Part shown: piece after piece, positions 1 through 14,409 of the stretch
Numbering within the stretch: position 1 is the stretch's first letter
How the letters are laid out: every line of letters starts with the position of its first letter
Source of the DNA: Octopus bimaculoides
Taxonomy: Eukaryota
DNA: 56,142 nucleotides
Assembly: GCF_001194135.2 (NCBI RefSeq)
Contig: NC_068987.1
Location: 23,633,051 to 23,689,192 of the forward strand
Direction: 5' to 3'
Translations under genes and position numbers: made by a program
The notes under the pieces: model-generated
What the model saw: only the letters and a program-made list of their open reading frames with translations
Databases searched by the model: none
What the model was told of the DNA's origin: nothing

Positions 1-152
1 TTAGGAAGGGCATCCAGCTGTAGAAACTCTGCCAAATCAGATTGGAGCCTGGTGTTGCCATCCGGTTTCACCAGTTCTCAGTCAAATCGTCCAACCCATG
101 CTAGCATGGAAAGCGGACGTTAAACGATGATGATGATGATGATGATGATGAT
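1..152 (+). mobile_element. RTE-type LINE/SINE 3' end with (GAT)n tail
   Basis: TTAGGAAGGGCATCCAGCTGTAGAAAC...CCAACCCATGCTAGCATGGAAAGCGGACGTTAAAC(GAT)n; shared with many copies in the window. Confidence 0.8.
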
Positions 153-774
153 ATATATGTATATCTGCACACACGCACACACACACGCATATATATTTGT
201 GTGTGTGTGTTTGTGTTTGTCCCTCGTCACCACTTGACAACCGGTGTTGGTGTGTTTACGTCCCCATAACTTAACAGTTCAGCAAAAGCAACCAATAGTA
301 TAAGTACCACGCTTTGAAGGTGAAAGGTATTGGGGTCAGTTCATTGAACTAAAATCCCTCCAGGGAGTGCCCCAGCATGGCTGCAGTCAAATGATTGAAA
401 TAAGTAAAAGATAAAATATAAAAGAGCAAATACCGCACAGCATTTTTTTCAAACTCTTTAATGATTTTACCATATTCACTGCATTAGAGAATGTGTGAAT
501 GTGTGAGTGAGTGCGTTTGTGTGTGTGTGTGTGTGTGTGCATATGTGTGTGTGTGTGTGCGCATGTGTATGTGTGTGCTCATGTATATGTGCAAGTGGCT
601 TTACGTATATAGATGTGTATGTGAGTACACATGTGGGTATGTTTGTATGTATGTCTGTGTGTGTGAACAAGTCAATATGTTTTATGTGATGGTATATGTA
701 TTGTGAATACTCACGTCTATATGTGCACCTGTTTATAAGTGCAAAAATATGAAATTTTATATATGTATGCGTAT

Positions 775-822
<48 letters not shown>

Positions 823-1175
823 TGCATGCAAGTAAAGTACATGACTTTGTTATAGTGTGCATATTTCTGTATATGTGTGTGAGAATGTATGTATATATGT
901 ATGTATGTGTATGAGTGAACATGACTGTGTGACTGTGTGATTATGTGTGGGTGTATTGCTTCACATCGCGTATCATTGTTAGATGTGCTTACGTAAGGTG
1001 GTTGTTGCAAGGAGTCATAAACGTAAGTTTTAACTAGAAATTCACACATCCACTTTCACTTGCTCAGCTATTATAAAAGAATACAAAACTTCCATGTTAT
1101 ATTTAACCGGTTTATTATTGCTGTAAGCAGATTATTGTCAATCTATAATTGGTGTTCACTTTGAAAATAGAGTTG

Positions 1176-1209
<34 letters not shown>

Positions 1210-1467
1210 TGTTTTAGCTTCTGCTTTTCAATGCTTTCATAGGTCAGATGGAGTTTATCGAGGTACATTTTCTGTGACTGGCTGTCCTTTTTGTCATCAC
1301 CTCTCACCTATTTCCAAATAAGGTAAATATATCCTTATGACCAGAGATGATTTCACAGAATAATGGAAAAGAATGACATTACTTGTATGACAGTGACTCT
1401 CATTTACAACTATCATACAATATCAAAACAGACACACACACACACACACACATACATATCCATCCAT

Positions 1468-1688
1468 CCACCGCCTGACTGGCCTTCGTGCGGGTGACAC
1501 GTAAAAGCACCCACTACACTCTCTGAGTGGTTGGCGTTAGGAAGGGCATCCAACTGTAGAAACTCTGCCAAATCAGATTGGAGCCTGGTGTTGCCATCCG
1601 GTTTCACCAGTCCTCAGTCAAATCGTCCAACCCATGCTAGCATGGAAAGCGGACGTTAAACGATGATGATGATGATGATGATGATGAT
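1468..1688 (+). mobile_element. RTE-type 3' end with (GAT)n tail
   Basis: Near-identical to 1-152 and extended 5' (AAAAGCACCCACTACACTCTC). Confidence 0.8.
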
Positions 1689-2289
1689 ATTTCTTTTTTA
1701 ATGGCTCCATCGGTCACGAATGACTATGGGTGCACCCAAGAGGTTCCCCTCCATAGTACAACTCTGAGTGGAAAGTCACCTCACCGGTGAATGCATAACC
1801 TAGGGTTGTTGTTTTTATGGAAGACCAACAGTCACCTATGTATACCAGCCTCCTCTCTCCATGCCACTGATATTATCCAAGGGAAAGTTGCTGGATAATA
1901 TTCCTTTAATAATATTGTAGAACGGGAACTTTCCATAGATTGGAACTTAAATTCTAATCTCTATAGAAATTAATTGTTTCAAGGAAACATTGAATCTGAA
2001 TTACTTTTAACTTTTATGGTTATAAATAACAACTTAGGCTGTAACTTCTGAGCCCAAGTCATGTGCATGTGAACGAAGTCGAGAGAACGTCTGCTATGAA
2101 TGATATCTTTTAACACAGGATATTTCTAAAATGACCGCTGAACGAAAATAAATGACCTGCAACCAGGCTCAATAAAAGGAGCCTGAGTTATTGGCTGAAA
2201 TTACATACTTGAAGTCAGTGTTGGCAGAAATTAAATCAGCTTGCAAAATCACGTTCATTTTACTAAATTTATACACGGACTAAGCCTAA

Positions 2290-2605
2290 ACAGCCCAAGT
2301 GCCGGAGTCGCCACTGGTTGCCAGTGCCCTTGGACTGGCTCTTGTGTGGGTGGCACATAAAATACACCATTTTGAGCATGGCCGTTGCCAGTACCACCTG
2401 ACTGGCCTTCGTGTGGGTGACACATAAAAGCACCCACTACACTCTCTGACTGGTTGGCGTTAGGGAGGGCATCCAGCTGTAGAAACTCTGCCAAATCAGA
2501 TTATTGGCTGATGCTGCCATCCGGTTTCACCAGTCCTCAGTCAAATCGTCCAACCCATGCTAGCATGGAAAGCGGACGTTAAATGATGATGATGATGATG
2601 ATGAT
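2290..2605 (+). mobile_element. RTE-type 3' end with internal tandem units and (GAT)n tail
   Basis: Same 3' end plus two TGCCAGT..ACTGGC..GTG.GGGTG units. Confidence 0.8.
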
Positions 2606-4432
2606 ATATATATACATAACAATTTAGCTAGGTGTTAAATAACCACCTAAGGGATATTAAATATCCAAAGAATTTACTGGTTTTATACCTATATCAATAA
2701 CAATGTTATGAACTAATGCTCTTAACAAATAGATAAATAACTAAAATAACCATACAGTTTATCAATATATAAATATAAATAAGAAATGGAAACCAAAACA
2801 ATAAATTGAACAATTAAATAATTTAATCATTAAATGATAAATTAAGTTCAATTTAATTATTTTATACAAACAAATGACACATTTTATAAATTACAGCTGT
2901 TTTCATTTCATTAATAAAACCAAGTTTTTCAAGAAGAATCCCATTTAAATATATAAAGAAGTTTTATCAGATCGACATATCTTCTTAAATATTTCACAAA
3001 AAATACCAATTGAAAATTTTTATAACTGCTAATGCTTTTCGAAAAATGATTTTGAGAGCTAGCTTAATCGTAAGTAAATAATCTAACTGAAATTACATAA
3101 ATTCCTAAATTTAAATCTATTAGTATCTAGTTCTATAACTGATTTTGTTGGATAATACAGACATTCATATATACATATTTATATATCTTTATATATATAC
3201 ACACATACACCTATCCATTTATGTATATATACATATACACACACATGCATATTCACATACACAAGTAAATATATATATATATATTTTGTGTTGGAGAAGG
3301 TCCTGCAGAGGGTTCTTGTTACCGTGTGTCAATTTACATATAGTTCACTCTGTGAGTCTCCTGCTCTCCCAAGCTTACAGGGTGAGATAGCTGTGTGTGT
3401 GGCAAGTACCAGGGTGGTTTTGCTCTATCTAGTTGATATCAGGGTGATGTAGTTGTGTATGGTAGATAACAGAGTGGCGTGTGTATGCAATAGATGACAG
3501 AGTGGTTTGTGTGTGATGGACATCAGGGTGGGGAGTACTGTAGATATCAGGGTGGGAAGTACTGTTGTTATTTAATTCTAGAAAAAGCAGAACTATCAGC
3601 AAAGGTTTACCAGTCATTAAACCCGGCTTGCTTTCAAGACTAATGTACCTAGGATTACTCTACTAAGTGTGCTCTTCTTGAGTTTAAAACAGTGGGGTGT
3701 GATATGAGGAAGAGTTGGCTACTATTTGTACAAGAAAACACACAGAGACTCCTCACTGCAATCAAAGTCATAACAAAGTGGTGTTAGCTGAGTGTGGTGG
3801 CAGACAGTGACTATATATAACCTATACTTCAGTTAAACACACCTTTTTAGTCTAACTGACTCACTGAAAACTCCTTCCTTCACTATTTCCTTTCTCTGTG
3901 TCAATGTATGTAGTTATAAAATTAACTCTATGCACATGTATTCATGCATATGCGTATGAATGTGTGTGTGTGTGTCTGTGTACATGTGTGTGATTGTGAG
4001 TTTAATATGGTTCATTTTGTATAAGTATGCTTATGTATGAATGTGTGCATATATATGTACGCATACATACATACACACACACACACATACATACATACAA
4101 TGGGCTTCTTTCAGTTTCTGTCTTCCAAATCCATTCACAAGGCTTTGGTTGACTCAAGGCTGTAGTAGAAGACACTTGCCCAAGGTGCCATGTAGTGGGA
4201 CTGAATCCAGACCTTGTGGTTGAGAAGCAAATATGTTACCACATAGACATACCTGCAACTATGTATGCAAATAGTGTAAAAACTGTTTGCTGATGTGCAG
4301 AAGCATCATACAAGGAAAGAAAAATTCAAATTTTGTGTTTGAAACTCCTTAATAATGTATGTATTATTGATATCACATACTGAGTGTATGTGCATTAGTA
4401 AACGCTACAAAGCTGTGGTATTTCTCCATTCA

Positions 4433-4626
<194 letters not shown>

Positions 4627-5595
4627 TGCTTATTACTAATAACACCCAACATTTTAATATACATAATGTGAAATTTGTATGCATGTTATGTATGTGAATG
4701 AAAAAATAATGGATTCACAAAAGCTGAAATATTTCATGTAAAATTAAACTTAATCCCCAGTTACAATGGTAAAAAAATGCTTAGAAAAGAAGTTGAGAAT
4801 GAAAAATATTTTATCAAATGTAGATCTTAAGACATATAGCCTTCTACTGCCACAAGAAAAGTCCCCATTGAGAAGTGTAAGGTATTAATGAGCTCAATAA
4901 AAAGATCTGGACTATTCCATAAGATTGTCAGGTATAAAAATTAATCTTTTCTTTCTGACTATTGATTCCTGTCAAAAACTGACATAAAAGATGACTGACC
5001 AGAAAAAATATAAGTAAGGTTTATAACAAGAGTTCAGGGATTTAGTCAAAAGTAATCCTGGCCATGTGTTTAAATCTTTTGTCGCACCTCCTGTCACCTC
5101 TTCAGTGACTCACCATCCCCTGTGTCTCCTCCTGTTCGGTTTACAAAAGATTTAGGACACTAAAATAAGAACAATAATAAAGCTGAAGTAGCTCTGGTTA
5201 ATTTTACCAAATATAGTAATATTATTTGCTAATAGTTTTGATTTTCAAACTTAACCCTTTAGTATTCAAATTGGCCCTATCAGGCCCTAATATTCTTAGC
5301 TGCTTTATGATCAAACCAGCAAGATCAGGCTTCTTGTATCTGTCCTACAATGTCATTCTTAAAATAAACAATCACATCGTTGGTATTTCAAAGCTACAAG
5401 ATAATATGTGATATATTCAAAACAATCAAAATAAATAAGCATTTCATTTGACCAAGTAATCTGAATGCTAAAGGATTAATTATAAATGCTACAGGGCTAG
5501 ATGGAAGCTAAAAGATTAAATATTCCATCTTCAAATTCAAGAAACGTTATCTGCTACAACTACGATCGTACATCTGATCTTTCTATCTTCTAGCC

Positions 5596-5924
5596 CAGGA
5601 CTTCTCAACCAAGGTCCATATGGAACTTGGGGGCTTATATAAGATATTGGGAGTCCATAGATGCAACATAGTAAATTGGGGGTCCATAGTAAATTTTCAG
5701 GAGCCATGCAAAGATTATGCTTCAGACCAGTAAAGTTTATGTGCAATAAATTGGTTATACATACGTCCACTACACTATTTTAACAATTTTTCCATTCAGT
5801 TTCTAAAGATATTTAATTATAAAAATACAAAAGGATTTTTTAAACATCAAGTGGTTATGGGAAACCATCCAAGTAAAATAGGAATCAAAGGGGTCCATTG
5901 GTAAAAAATGATTGAGAACCCCTG
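5596..5924. mobile_element. hAT (Charlie-like) MITE with perfect 8-bp TSD
   Basis: TIRs CAGGACTTCTCAACC / GATTGAGAACCCCTG; identical flanks TTCTAGCC at 5588-5595 and 5925-5932; subterminal GGGTCCAT motifs. Confidence 0.87.
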
Positions 5925-6143
5925 TTCTAGCCACTACTCTTACATATGAGACCCTCTGACTATCACCACCGCCACCACCAACAACATCACAGCACTCTAC
6001 ATCTCCCTGCTGGACAAGAAACCCTCTGATCACTACTACATTGCTACATGTGACTCTTCTTTCCTCCAACTCTTACCACCACTGCATGGGCTTGATAATG
6101 AGGCAGTCTCTATTCTGGTGTTTGACCAGCTAGAAATCACAGC

Positions 6144-6539
6144 AATGGCCTGTGGACACGCAATGGCCCAGTGGTTAGGGCAGTGGACTTGCGGTCATAG
6201 GATCGCGGTTTCGATTCCCAGACCGGGCGTTGTGAGTGTTTATTGAGCAAAAACACCCCAAGTTCTACGAGGCTCCGGCAGGGGATGGTGGCGAACCCTG
6301 CTGTACTCTTCCACCACAACTTTCTCTCACTCTTACTTCCTGTTTCTGTTGTGCTTGTAATTCAAAGGGCCAGCCTTGTCACACTGTGTCACGCTGAATA
6401 TCCCCGAGAACTACGTTAAGGGTACATGTGTCTGTGGGGTGCTCAGCCACTTGCACGTTAATTTCACGAGCAGGCTGTTCCGTTGATCGGATCAACTGGA
6501 ACCCTCGACGTCGTAAGCGACGGAGTGCCAACAACAACA
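6144..6539 (+). mobile_element. Full-length tRNA-derived SINE with (ACA)n tail and 10-bp TSD
   Basis: A-box TGGCCCAGTGG 6164-74; B-box GGTTTCGATTCC 6207-18; tail CAACAACAACAA; TSD AAATCACAGC at 6134-43 and 6540-49. Confidence 0.9.
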
Positions 6540-7415
6540 AAATCACAGCCTATTGCTTTAAAAAAAAGGAAGGATACATTATAAAATGTAATGTCTAATA
6601 TACGAGAAAATGAAATGATCACAATGGGTATGTTTTTAATTATGACTGCAGCAGCAATAACGAAGAAGACAAAGATGACAAAAATAAACACAAACCAGTG
6701 CCCAACACATTTTCTGATTATTCAGTTCAGCTCACTTGGTCAGATGTACCCTAACTGCCCTTGTCAGTAAAGGTCAAAGGTGTAAGCATATCTCTATTTT
6801 GACCTCTCCATCCCACACACTGCTAAATATTGGACACCTTTACCTCCCAACCATCTTCCCCTACTGTAGACATGACTATGGATACTAACTTACTTGACAA
6901 CAGGTAAGAAAAAAATGGTAATATGATGTGTGTATATGTGTGTGTGTCTGTGTGTGTATGTATGTATTATGTATGTATGTATCTATGCATGTATGTATGG
7001 GTGCATGTATGTACATATGCAGCTGTGAGTGCCTATGATTAGGTAGCGGCGTGTGTACATATGTATGAATATATATATGTTTGTAGACAGGTAGACAGGT
7101 AGGTAGGTAGGTAGGTAGGTTCGTAGGAAGGTGGGTAAGTAGGTAGATATGTACATGTGTATGTACATGAGAAAGAAAGAGAGAGAGGGAGAATGTGTGC
7201 GAGAATATGTATGTGATACGTTTGTGTGTGAGAATATGTGTTTTGTGAATATGTATATGTGTAGGTGTGTGTATGTGTGAGAGAATATGTGTGTTTGTAT
7301 GTATGTGGGACGTTTAGAATATGTAAATTGATGAATTAATTGGAAAATGACAGGTAAAAACAACAAATTATGTAGGAAATGAGACATGCACGAGATATGT
7401 CATCTCCGAGGATTG

Positions 7416-7509
7416 TATCTTGGAATAGGATGTGATGTCAGAAAATTGCAAAATATTTAATTAATTTCTTAGTAATTGAGTATCTGACATCATATCCTGT
7501 TCTCTGATA
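7416..7509. repeat. Short inverted repeat (27-bp arms, 40-nt AT spacer), possible MITE relic
   Basis: TATCTTGGAATAGGATGTGATGTCAGA vs TCTGACATCATATCCTGTTCTCTGATA. Confidence 0.55.
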
Positions 7510-10032
7510 CTATTTTCTTTTTAATTATGCTAATGTTCACTCTCATACATTATTGTACATCTACTTCAGGATTCTCTAATCAATACTTTGGTAAACATAA
7601 CAAAATTGTTTCATCNNNNNNNNNNNNNNNNNNNNNNNNNNNNNNNNNNNNNNNNNNNNNNNNNNNNNNNNNNNNNNNNNNNNNNNNNNNNNNNNNNNNN
7701 NNNNNNNNNNNNNNNNNNNNNNNNNNNNNNNNNNNNNNNNNNNNNNNNNNNNNNNNNNNNNNNNNNNNNNNNNNNNNNNNNNNNNNNNNNNNNNNNNNNN
7801 NNNNNNNNNNNNNNNNNNNNNNNNNNNNNNNNNNNNNNNNNNNNNNNNNNNNNNNNNNNNNNNNNNNNNNNNNNNNNNNNNNNNNNNNNNNNNNNNNNNN
7901 NNNNNNNNNNNNNNNNNNNNNNNNNNNNNNNNNNNNNNNNNNNNNNNNNNNNNNNNNNNNNNNNNNNNNNNNNNNNNNNNNNNNNNNNNNNNNNNNNNNN
8001 NNNNNNNNNNNNNNNNNNNNNNNNNNNNNNNNNNNNNNNNNNNNNNNNNNNNNNNNNNNNNNNNNNNNNNNNNNNNNNNNNNNNNNNNNNNNNNNNNNNN
8101 NNNNNNNNNNNNNNNNNNNNNNNNNNNNNNNNNNNNNNNNNNNNNNNNNNNNNNNNNNNNNNNNNNNNNNNNNNNNNNNNNNNNNNNNNNNNNNNNNNNN
8201 NNNNNNNNNNNNNNNNNNNNNNNNNNNNNNNNNNNNNNNNNNNNNNNNNNNNNNNNNNNNNNNNNNNNNNNNNNNNNNNNNNNNNNNNNNNNNNNNNNNN
8301 NNNNNNNNNNNNNNNNNNNNNNNNNNNNNNNNNNNNNNNNNNNNNNNNNNNNNNNNNNNNNNNNNNNNNNNNNNNNNGGTGGTGGATGCGACAGTGGTGG
8401 CAGACGCGACGGTGGTGATGGATGCGACAGTGGTGGCAGACGTGACGGCAGTGGCGGACATGACGGCAACAGAGGTGGCAGCAGAGGTGGTGGTGGTGGT
8501 GGAAGCGGCAGAGGTGGCAGAAGTGGTGGTGAAGGCAGGGGCATTTTCATCATAGTTTTAACATCCACTTTTCCATTTTTGTAGAGTCGTGCAGAATTAA
8601 TTTTTTTATATGGCAGGATGTCATTCAAGTCACAAGCCCTCACTTATTTCCAAACTATCTCCATAGCCAGAGATATTTTTGTAGAATATTGGAAATGAAC
8701 AACGCTCACTGGGAGAGAGATGAAGGTTCGTGACAGGAAGGGCATCGAACCATAGAATTTGTGCTTCAGTAAACTCTGTCAACCAATGATGATGATGATG
8801 ATGATGTTGATGATGATACATGCTTTATATTACTGTCCCAAGTCCTGGAACCCATAGGATGGGTTACCTGGTTTCCATAGTGTATAAGTGACTGAAATCA
8901 TAACATACTCCTGAGTGGGACACTAGTCCATTGTAGAGTTACCCATTTAGTGTTGATTGGACTGGGGCAATGTGAAATGAAGTGTTTTCTTCAACAATAC
9001 AATGCACTGCACAATCTGAGAATTGAAACCACAATCTTGCTGTCATGACTGTTACACACCAATCACTAAGCTATGTGTCTTCAAACACACACACATGCAC
9101 ATAGACGCTTACACACACAAATATAGACACACACACACACACACAAACAAAGACACCCACATACACAGTCACACACACACATGGACATAGACGCTTACAC
9201 ACACAAATATAGACACACACACACACACACAAACAAAGACATACACACACACACATACACTCATAGATATCCACACATACACACACACACATACACGCAT
9301 TCACACACACAAACACAGACACTCTCACACACACACTCATAGACACTCACACACCTACACACACATAAACACTCATACACACACTCACACATGCACAAAT
9401 GCTCACACACACACAGACACTCACACACCCTCACACACCCAAACACAGACACTCATACATACACTCATAGGCACTCACACTCACACACACACTCACACAC
9501 ACACNNNNNNNNNNNNNNNNNNNNNNNNNNNNNNNNNNNNNNNNNNNNNNNNNNNNNNNNNNNNNNNNNNNNNNNNNNNNNNNNNNNTAACGACACACAC
9601 TCATAGGCACTCACGCACACTCATAAATACTCACACACACATACACACATACACACTCACACGCACAAACATAAACACCCACACACACATACACACTCAT
9701 AGACATTCACCCCCACCCCCCCACACACATACACATACATTAAAGAATTCAAAGGTTGATGACTGCTTTGTCTTACTGCTTTGTCTGACAACATTCTGGC
9801 AACATTCCATTTGCCAGAAACCTGATTGCAGCCTTTGCTTGACGCAGGACAGTAGCTCCATCAGAGAGATGCTACAATGGATATTATAACTGCACCAATG
9901 ACAACTTCATCTGTTAACCATCTTGGAATTTCTGCAGTTGTTACGGCCTCAGCAATTACAGTAGTTTGTAACATAGACACAAAACCATACATTGTTGTTG
10001 TTGTTGGTGGTGGTAGTGGTGGTCATTTATAT

Positions 10033-10442
10033 ACTCTTTACTCTTTTACTCTTTTACTTGTTTCAGTCATTTGATTGTAGCCATGCTGGAGCACCGCCTT
10101 TTAGTCAAGCAAACCGACTCCAGGACTTATTCTTTGAAAGCCTAGTACTTATTCTATCGGTCTCTTTTGCCGAACCGCTAAGTTACGGGGACATAAACAC
10201 ACCAGCATCGGTTGCCAAGCGGTGTTGGGGGGACAAAAACAGACACGCAAACATATACACACACATACATATATATACATATATACGACAGGCTTCTTTC
10301 AGTTTCCGTCTACCAAATCCACTCACAAGGCTTTGGTCGGCCCGAGTCTATAGTAGAAGACACTTGCCCAAGGTGTCACGCAGTGGGACTGGACCTGGAA
10401 CCATGTGGTTGGTAAGCAAGCTACTTACCACACAGCCACTCT
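10033..10442 (-). mobile_element. Full-length copy of the dominant tRNA-headed SINE (internal CA/TA microsatellite, (GTAAAA)n tail)
   Basis: The - strand has head GAGTGGCTGTGTGGTAAGTAGCTTGC..GGTTCCAGGTCCAGTCCC, body CTTGGGCAAGTGTCTTC..GTGAGTGGATTTGGTAGACGGAAACTG and 3' GGTGCTCCAGCATGG..GACTGAAACAAGTAAAAGAG. Partial copies at 195-420(+), 4095-4255(-), 12135-12450(+), 15640-15805(+), 33110-33390(+), 33955-34100(-), 36850-37060(-), 46045-46215(-), 47080-47660. Confidence 0.85.
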
Positions 10443-11488
10443 TACCCTCTCCACTTATCATTAATAACAATAATGACAATAAAAAATACCCTTCACCCCA
10501 TCATCACCATTGTCGTTGTCGGCATCATCATTTACCATTTGTCCTCCAGGCTGGTATTATGAGATGGATGGTCCAACAGGATCCAATGAACCAGAAAACT
10601 GCATCATGCTCCAATGTCTGCTTTGATGTACATGGATGGTTTCTATTGCTGGATGAGAGGTTCTGTTTGTGCTGGTGTCGTCGTTGTTGTTGTTGTTGCT
10701 AGTAGTAGTAGTGGTGGTGGTAGGGATTATCTCCAGTTCAACGCAGGTCAGGTAAGTACATGATCAAAGACATTCCAGCCATGACCTTCTTGTCATTCCA
10801 GCACTATCTAGGACTCCATTATCTGATGTCCTTCTCTTACCAAGTAGGGGTTTCCCCATTAGCTCACCACTGTTGTTGTTATTGTGGTTACTGACGTAGT
10901 TGCTGTTGCTAATATTGTTGCTATTGCTATTGTTGTTGCTGCTGTTGTTAATATTGATTTTGTTATTAATGTTGGTGGTGTTGTTGTATTGTTAGTTGTT
11001 GATATTGTTCTTTGGTCATTGTCACTCTTATTTCAATGCTGCTGCTGATGTTGCTGTTATTATCACTTAGCTTCAAGCCAGCCTGATCAAGCTGACTCAT
11101 AAAGAAAAACAGTCCTTTCATGACCATCCAATCTTATATCCAAATTTACTATATGTAGGACAACCTTATCTAAGGTGTATTCTCATTCTCAAAATCATAG
11201 GATATAATTTGAAGGAGATTTGATTACTATCTGTAACTGATCCTGCAGCCACATGGCGGCTTCTCATTGGCTCAATTTTCTCTTTCCAAGAAAATGTCTG
11301 TTTGCTAGATGAGAATAAATAGATAGATAAATAAGCAGTATCTGGTTGGATGACATCATTTATTTTTGCCATCCACCATGGATATGATCTCTGTTACTTA
11401 TTTAATGTTTGAGAATATTTTTGCTAGTTTTATACACAAGAACATCACTTTGTTTATGAAGAATATTGCATTTTCTTCAATTCCAAAT

Positions 11489-11905
11489 CTGGTTGGTTGG
11501 TTGCTTGCTTGCTTGCTTACTTCTTTGTTAGTTGGTCAGTCAGACGGTCAATTGGTTGGTTGGTCAGTCGGTTGGTCAGTCAGTTGTTCAATTAGTTGGT
11601 CGGTTGGTTCGTCAGTCGGTCGGCTGGTCGGTCGGTCGGTTGGTCGGTCGGTCGGTTGGTTAGTGGGTTGGTTGGCTGGTTGGCTGGCTGGTTGATTGAT
11701 TGGTTGGTTAGTTGATTGGTTGACTGGCTGGCTACTTGTTTGGTTAGTGGGTTGGTTGGTTGGTTGGTTGGTTGGTTGGTTGACTGGTTGGTTGACTGGC
11801 AGGTTGCTTGCTTGGTTAATGGGTTGGTTGGTTGGCTGGCTAGTTGGTTGGTTGGATGTTTGCTTGGTTAGTGAGTTGGTTGGTTGGTTGGTTGGTTGAT
11901 TGGTT
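11489..11905. repeat. Degenerate (TGGT)n/(TCGG)n tetranucleotide array
   Basis: About 420 bp of GGTT/GGTC/GGCT units. Confidence 0.95.
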
Positions 11906-12589
11906 ACCATATTGACTCAGGTATCTATGGTTTTACAACATATAACATCCTACCATACTAAAATTCCAAGTAACATGCCAGTAAAGTACTTACAAAAATG
12001 TATGTATTGTAGCAGTTTTGCTCAGTTTATTTTGCTTGATTGAGTGGGCAATTAATTGTCCATTCTACAAACTTAGAAAAGTTAATCTTAGACTCAGAAA
12101 TTATGGAAGTTTGAAAAACCATTGATATAGGAACAGGGTGGGTATGTGTGGTTAAGAAACTTGCTTCCCGACCAGATGGATTCAGGTTCAGATCTAATGA
12201 AGAAAGTATCTTCTACTACAACAATAGCCTGTCTTTTGTGTGTGTGCGTTTAGTTTTTGTATTTGTCCTTCACCATTACTTGACAACCAGTGTTGGTTTG
12301 TTTACATTGCCATAATTTAGCAGTTCAGCAAAAGAGGTTGATAGAATAAGTACCATGCTTACAAAAAATAGTACAGAGTTGATTTGCTTGATTGAACCCT
12401 TCAGAGCAGTGCCCCAGAATGGCTGCAGTCCAATGACTGAAATAAGCTAAGGGTTATGAGATTGGTAAAATTGATGTAGACACCTCTGATGAGAAACCAA
12501 TAAGGTTTAAAAATCAAATAAAGTTGTTCGTCATTTTTTTTCAATCTACTGCAAAGCAGCTAAATTTAACATTATGTATCTACTATATA

Positions 12590-12628
<39 letters not shown>

Positions 12629-14409
12629 CATGCATGTGTGTGCATGTGTGTGCATGTGTGTGTATGTATATATATATATATACATATATATCATCATCAT
12701 CATCGTTTAACGTCCGCTATATATATATATATNNNNNNNNNNNNNNNNNNNNNNNNNNNNNNNNNNNNNNNNNNNNNNNNNNNNNNNNNNNNNNNNNNNN
12801 NNNNNNNNNNNNNNNNNNNNNNNNNNNNNNNNNNNNNNNNNNNNNNNNNNNNNNNNNNNNNNNNNNNNNNNNNNNNNNNNNNNNNNNNNNNNNNNNNNNN
12901 NNNNNNNNNNNNNNNNNNNNNNNNNNNNNNNNNNNNNNNNNNNNNNNNNNNNNNNNNNNNNNNNNNNNNNNNNNNNNNNNNNNNNNNNNNNNNNNNNNNN
13001 NNNNNNNNNNNNNNNNNNNNNNNNNNNNNNNNNNNNNNNNNNNNNNNNNNNNATATATATATATATATAATGTTATAATAAAAACCACAAATCTTGTTAA
13101 ATACAGCTACTCAGGGTTTCCTGGTCAAAATAATAATTTATTTTGCTATTTTCAAGCTGCGAACAATATTGTTTGTCAGTTGTCTTTTGAGCAGGTGACA
13201 TTTAAACAAGAGATGCTGGCAAGGAAGGCGAGAAGAAGAAAAACACAAGGGAGATAATCAATGTTACAACAATCGTCAGGCAGATGTAAACAAGATATTA
13301 ATGGTTTACTAAGTGTCTGGTGGTCTACTTTTAAATTCTGACAAGATAAGTGTGTATATATGTTTCTTTGTCTTGACATAGTACGGATAATAGTTGTAGA
13401 TGGGTGTCACTGTCATGCAAGCAGTGGCATTCATTTCCAATATTCTGCAAAAACATGTCTGGCCATGGGGAAATATTACCTTGTTTGAAAGCAGGTGAGA
13501 ATTGGTGACAGGAAAGGCATCCAACTGTAGAAAATCTACTGCAATAAATTCCCTCCAACTAATGCAAATAAGGAAAAGAGGACTTTAAAACAATGATATT
13601 GATAAACAAACGACAATGATTATGATCGAAATATTTCGTTTTTGGTGAAATTTATACTTATCCTTTTAAACAAGTTATTTTGATATTAAGTACATGACCC
13701 AGCTCCAATCAACATGTCATATGTTGGGGAAGCTTTCGTTATACAAACTCTTTAAATCAGTTACGAGAAAAACAAAAGGCAATAGAAATATATTCTCACA
13801 CTTAGTTATAAAGCAGTGGAATTTATTTCACATATTTGTGACTATAATAGATTATAGTTACAAACAACATTCACATTGGACAAAAGGTATTCAAACACTG
13901 GCCACATTTGTAGGGGAAAATTTCCTTTGTGTTTTAACTTGTGAACTTTTTAGATGATATTGGGTGAAATATCTCTTTTGCTTATATTATAAAACAAGAA
14001 GGTATGCAACTTAGAGGTTATTGAGTTGGGTGTACAATCATCAAGTAATGTATTCAATATCCAGAGTGGTAAGTGCATTGTGACCTTGAGCAAGATGCTT
14101 GAATTCATGTTGTTTCAGTCACATGCTCCACTAAAAATGAGTACCAGCAGCATTTGTGCTTTTTACTCTTGCCCTGGACTGATTGAAGCTTTGTGAGTGA
14201 ATTTGATAGACAGAAACTGAAAAAAAAACCATCATGTATATACATATATCTATATACACACACATATATGACAGATCGAGAACATCAGAAGGTACCATCA
14301 TGTTACCAACAAAGAACAGCCTGCAGCCTCCCATCTCATAGCTATCTATTGCATGCGCTGCTACTGACATGTCCTCTAGATCATTCTTGTTCAATGCAGC
14401 AGCAGTGAG

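Noticed and set aside
2885-2970. ACAGCTGTTTTC ... TTATCAG, possible - strand hammerhead
   Set aside because: The core reads CTGATAA and stem II is not convincing; at most a very old relic.
6154-6225. tRNA-like sequence with A and B boxes
   Set aside because: It continues into a 300-bp SINE body with tail and TSD; no proper acceptor stem is evident.
8379-8555. VDATVVADA-type repeat ORF next to a gap
   Set aside because: GGT/GGC-derived low-complexity repeat with no splice or domain support.
9877-10074. 65-aa ORF in unique-looking DNA
   Set aside because: An in-frame stop lies just upstream, it runs into (GTT)n, and there is no motif or splice support.
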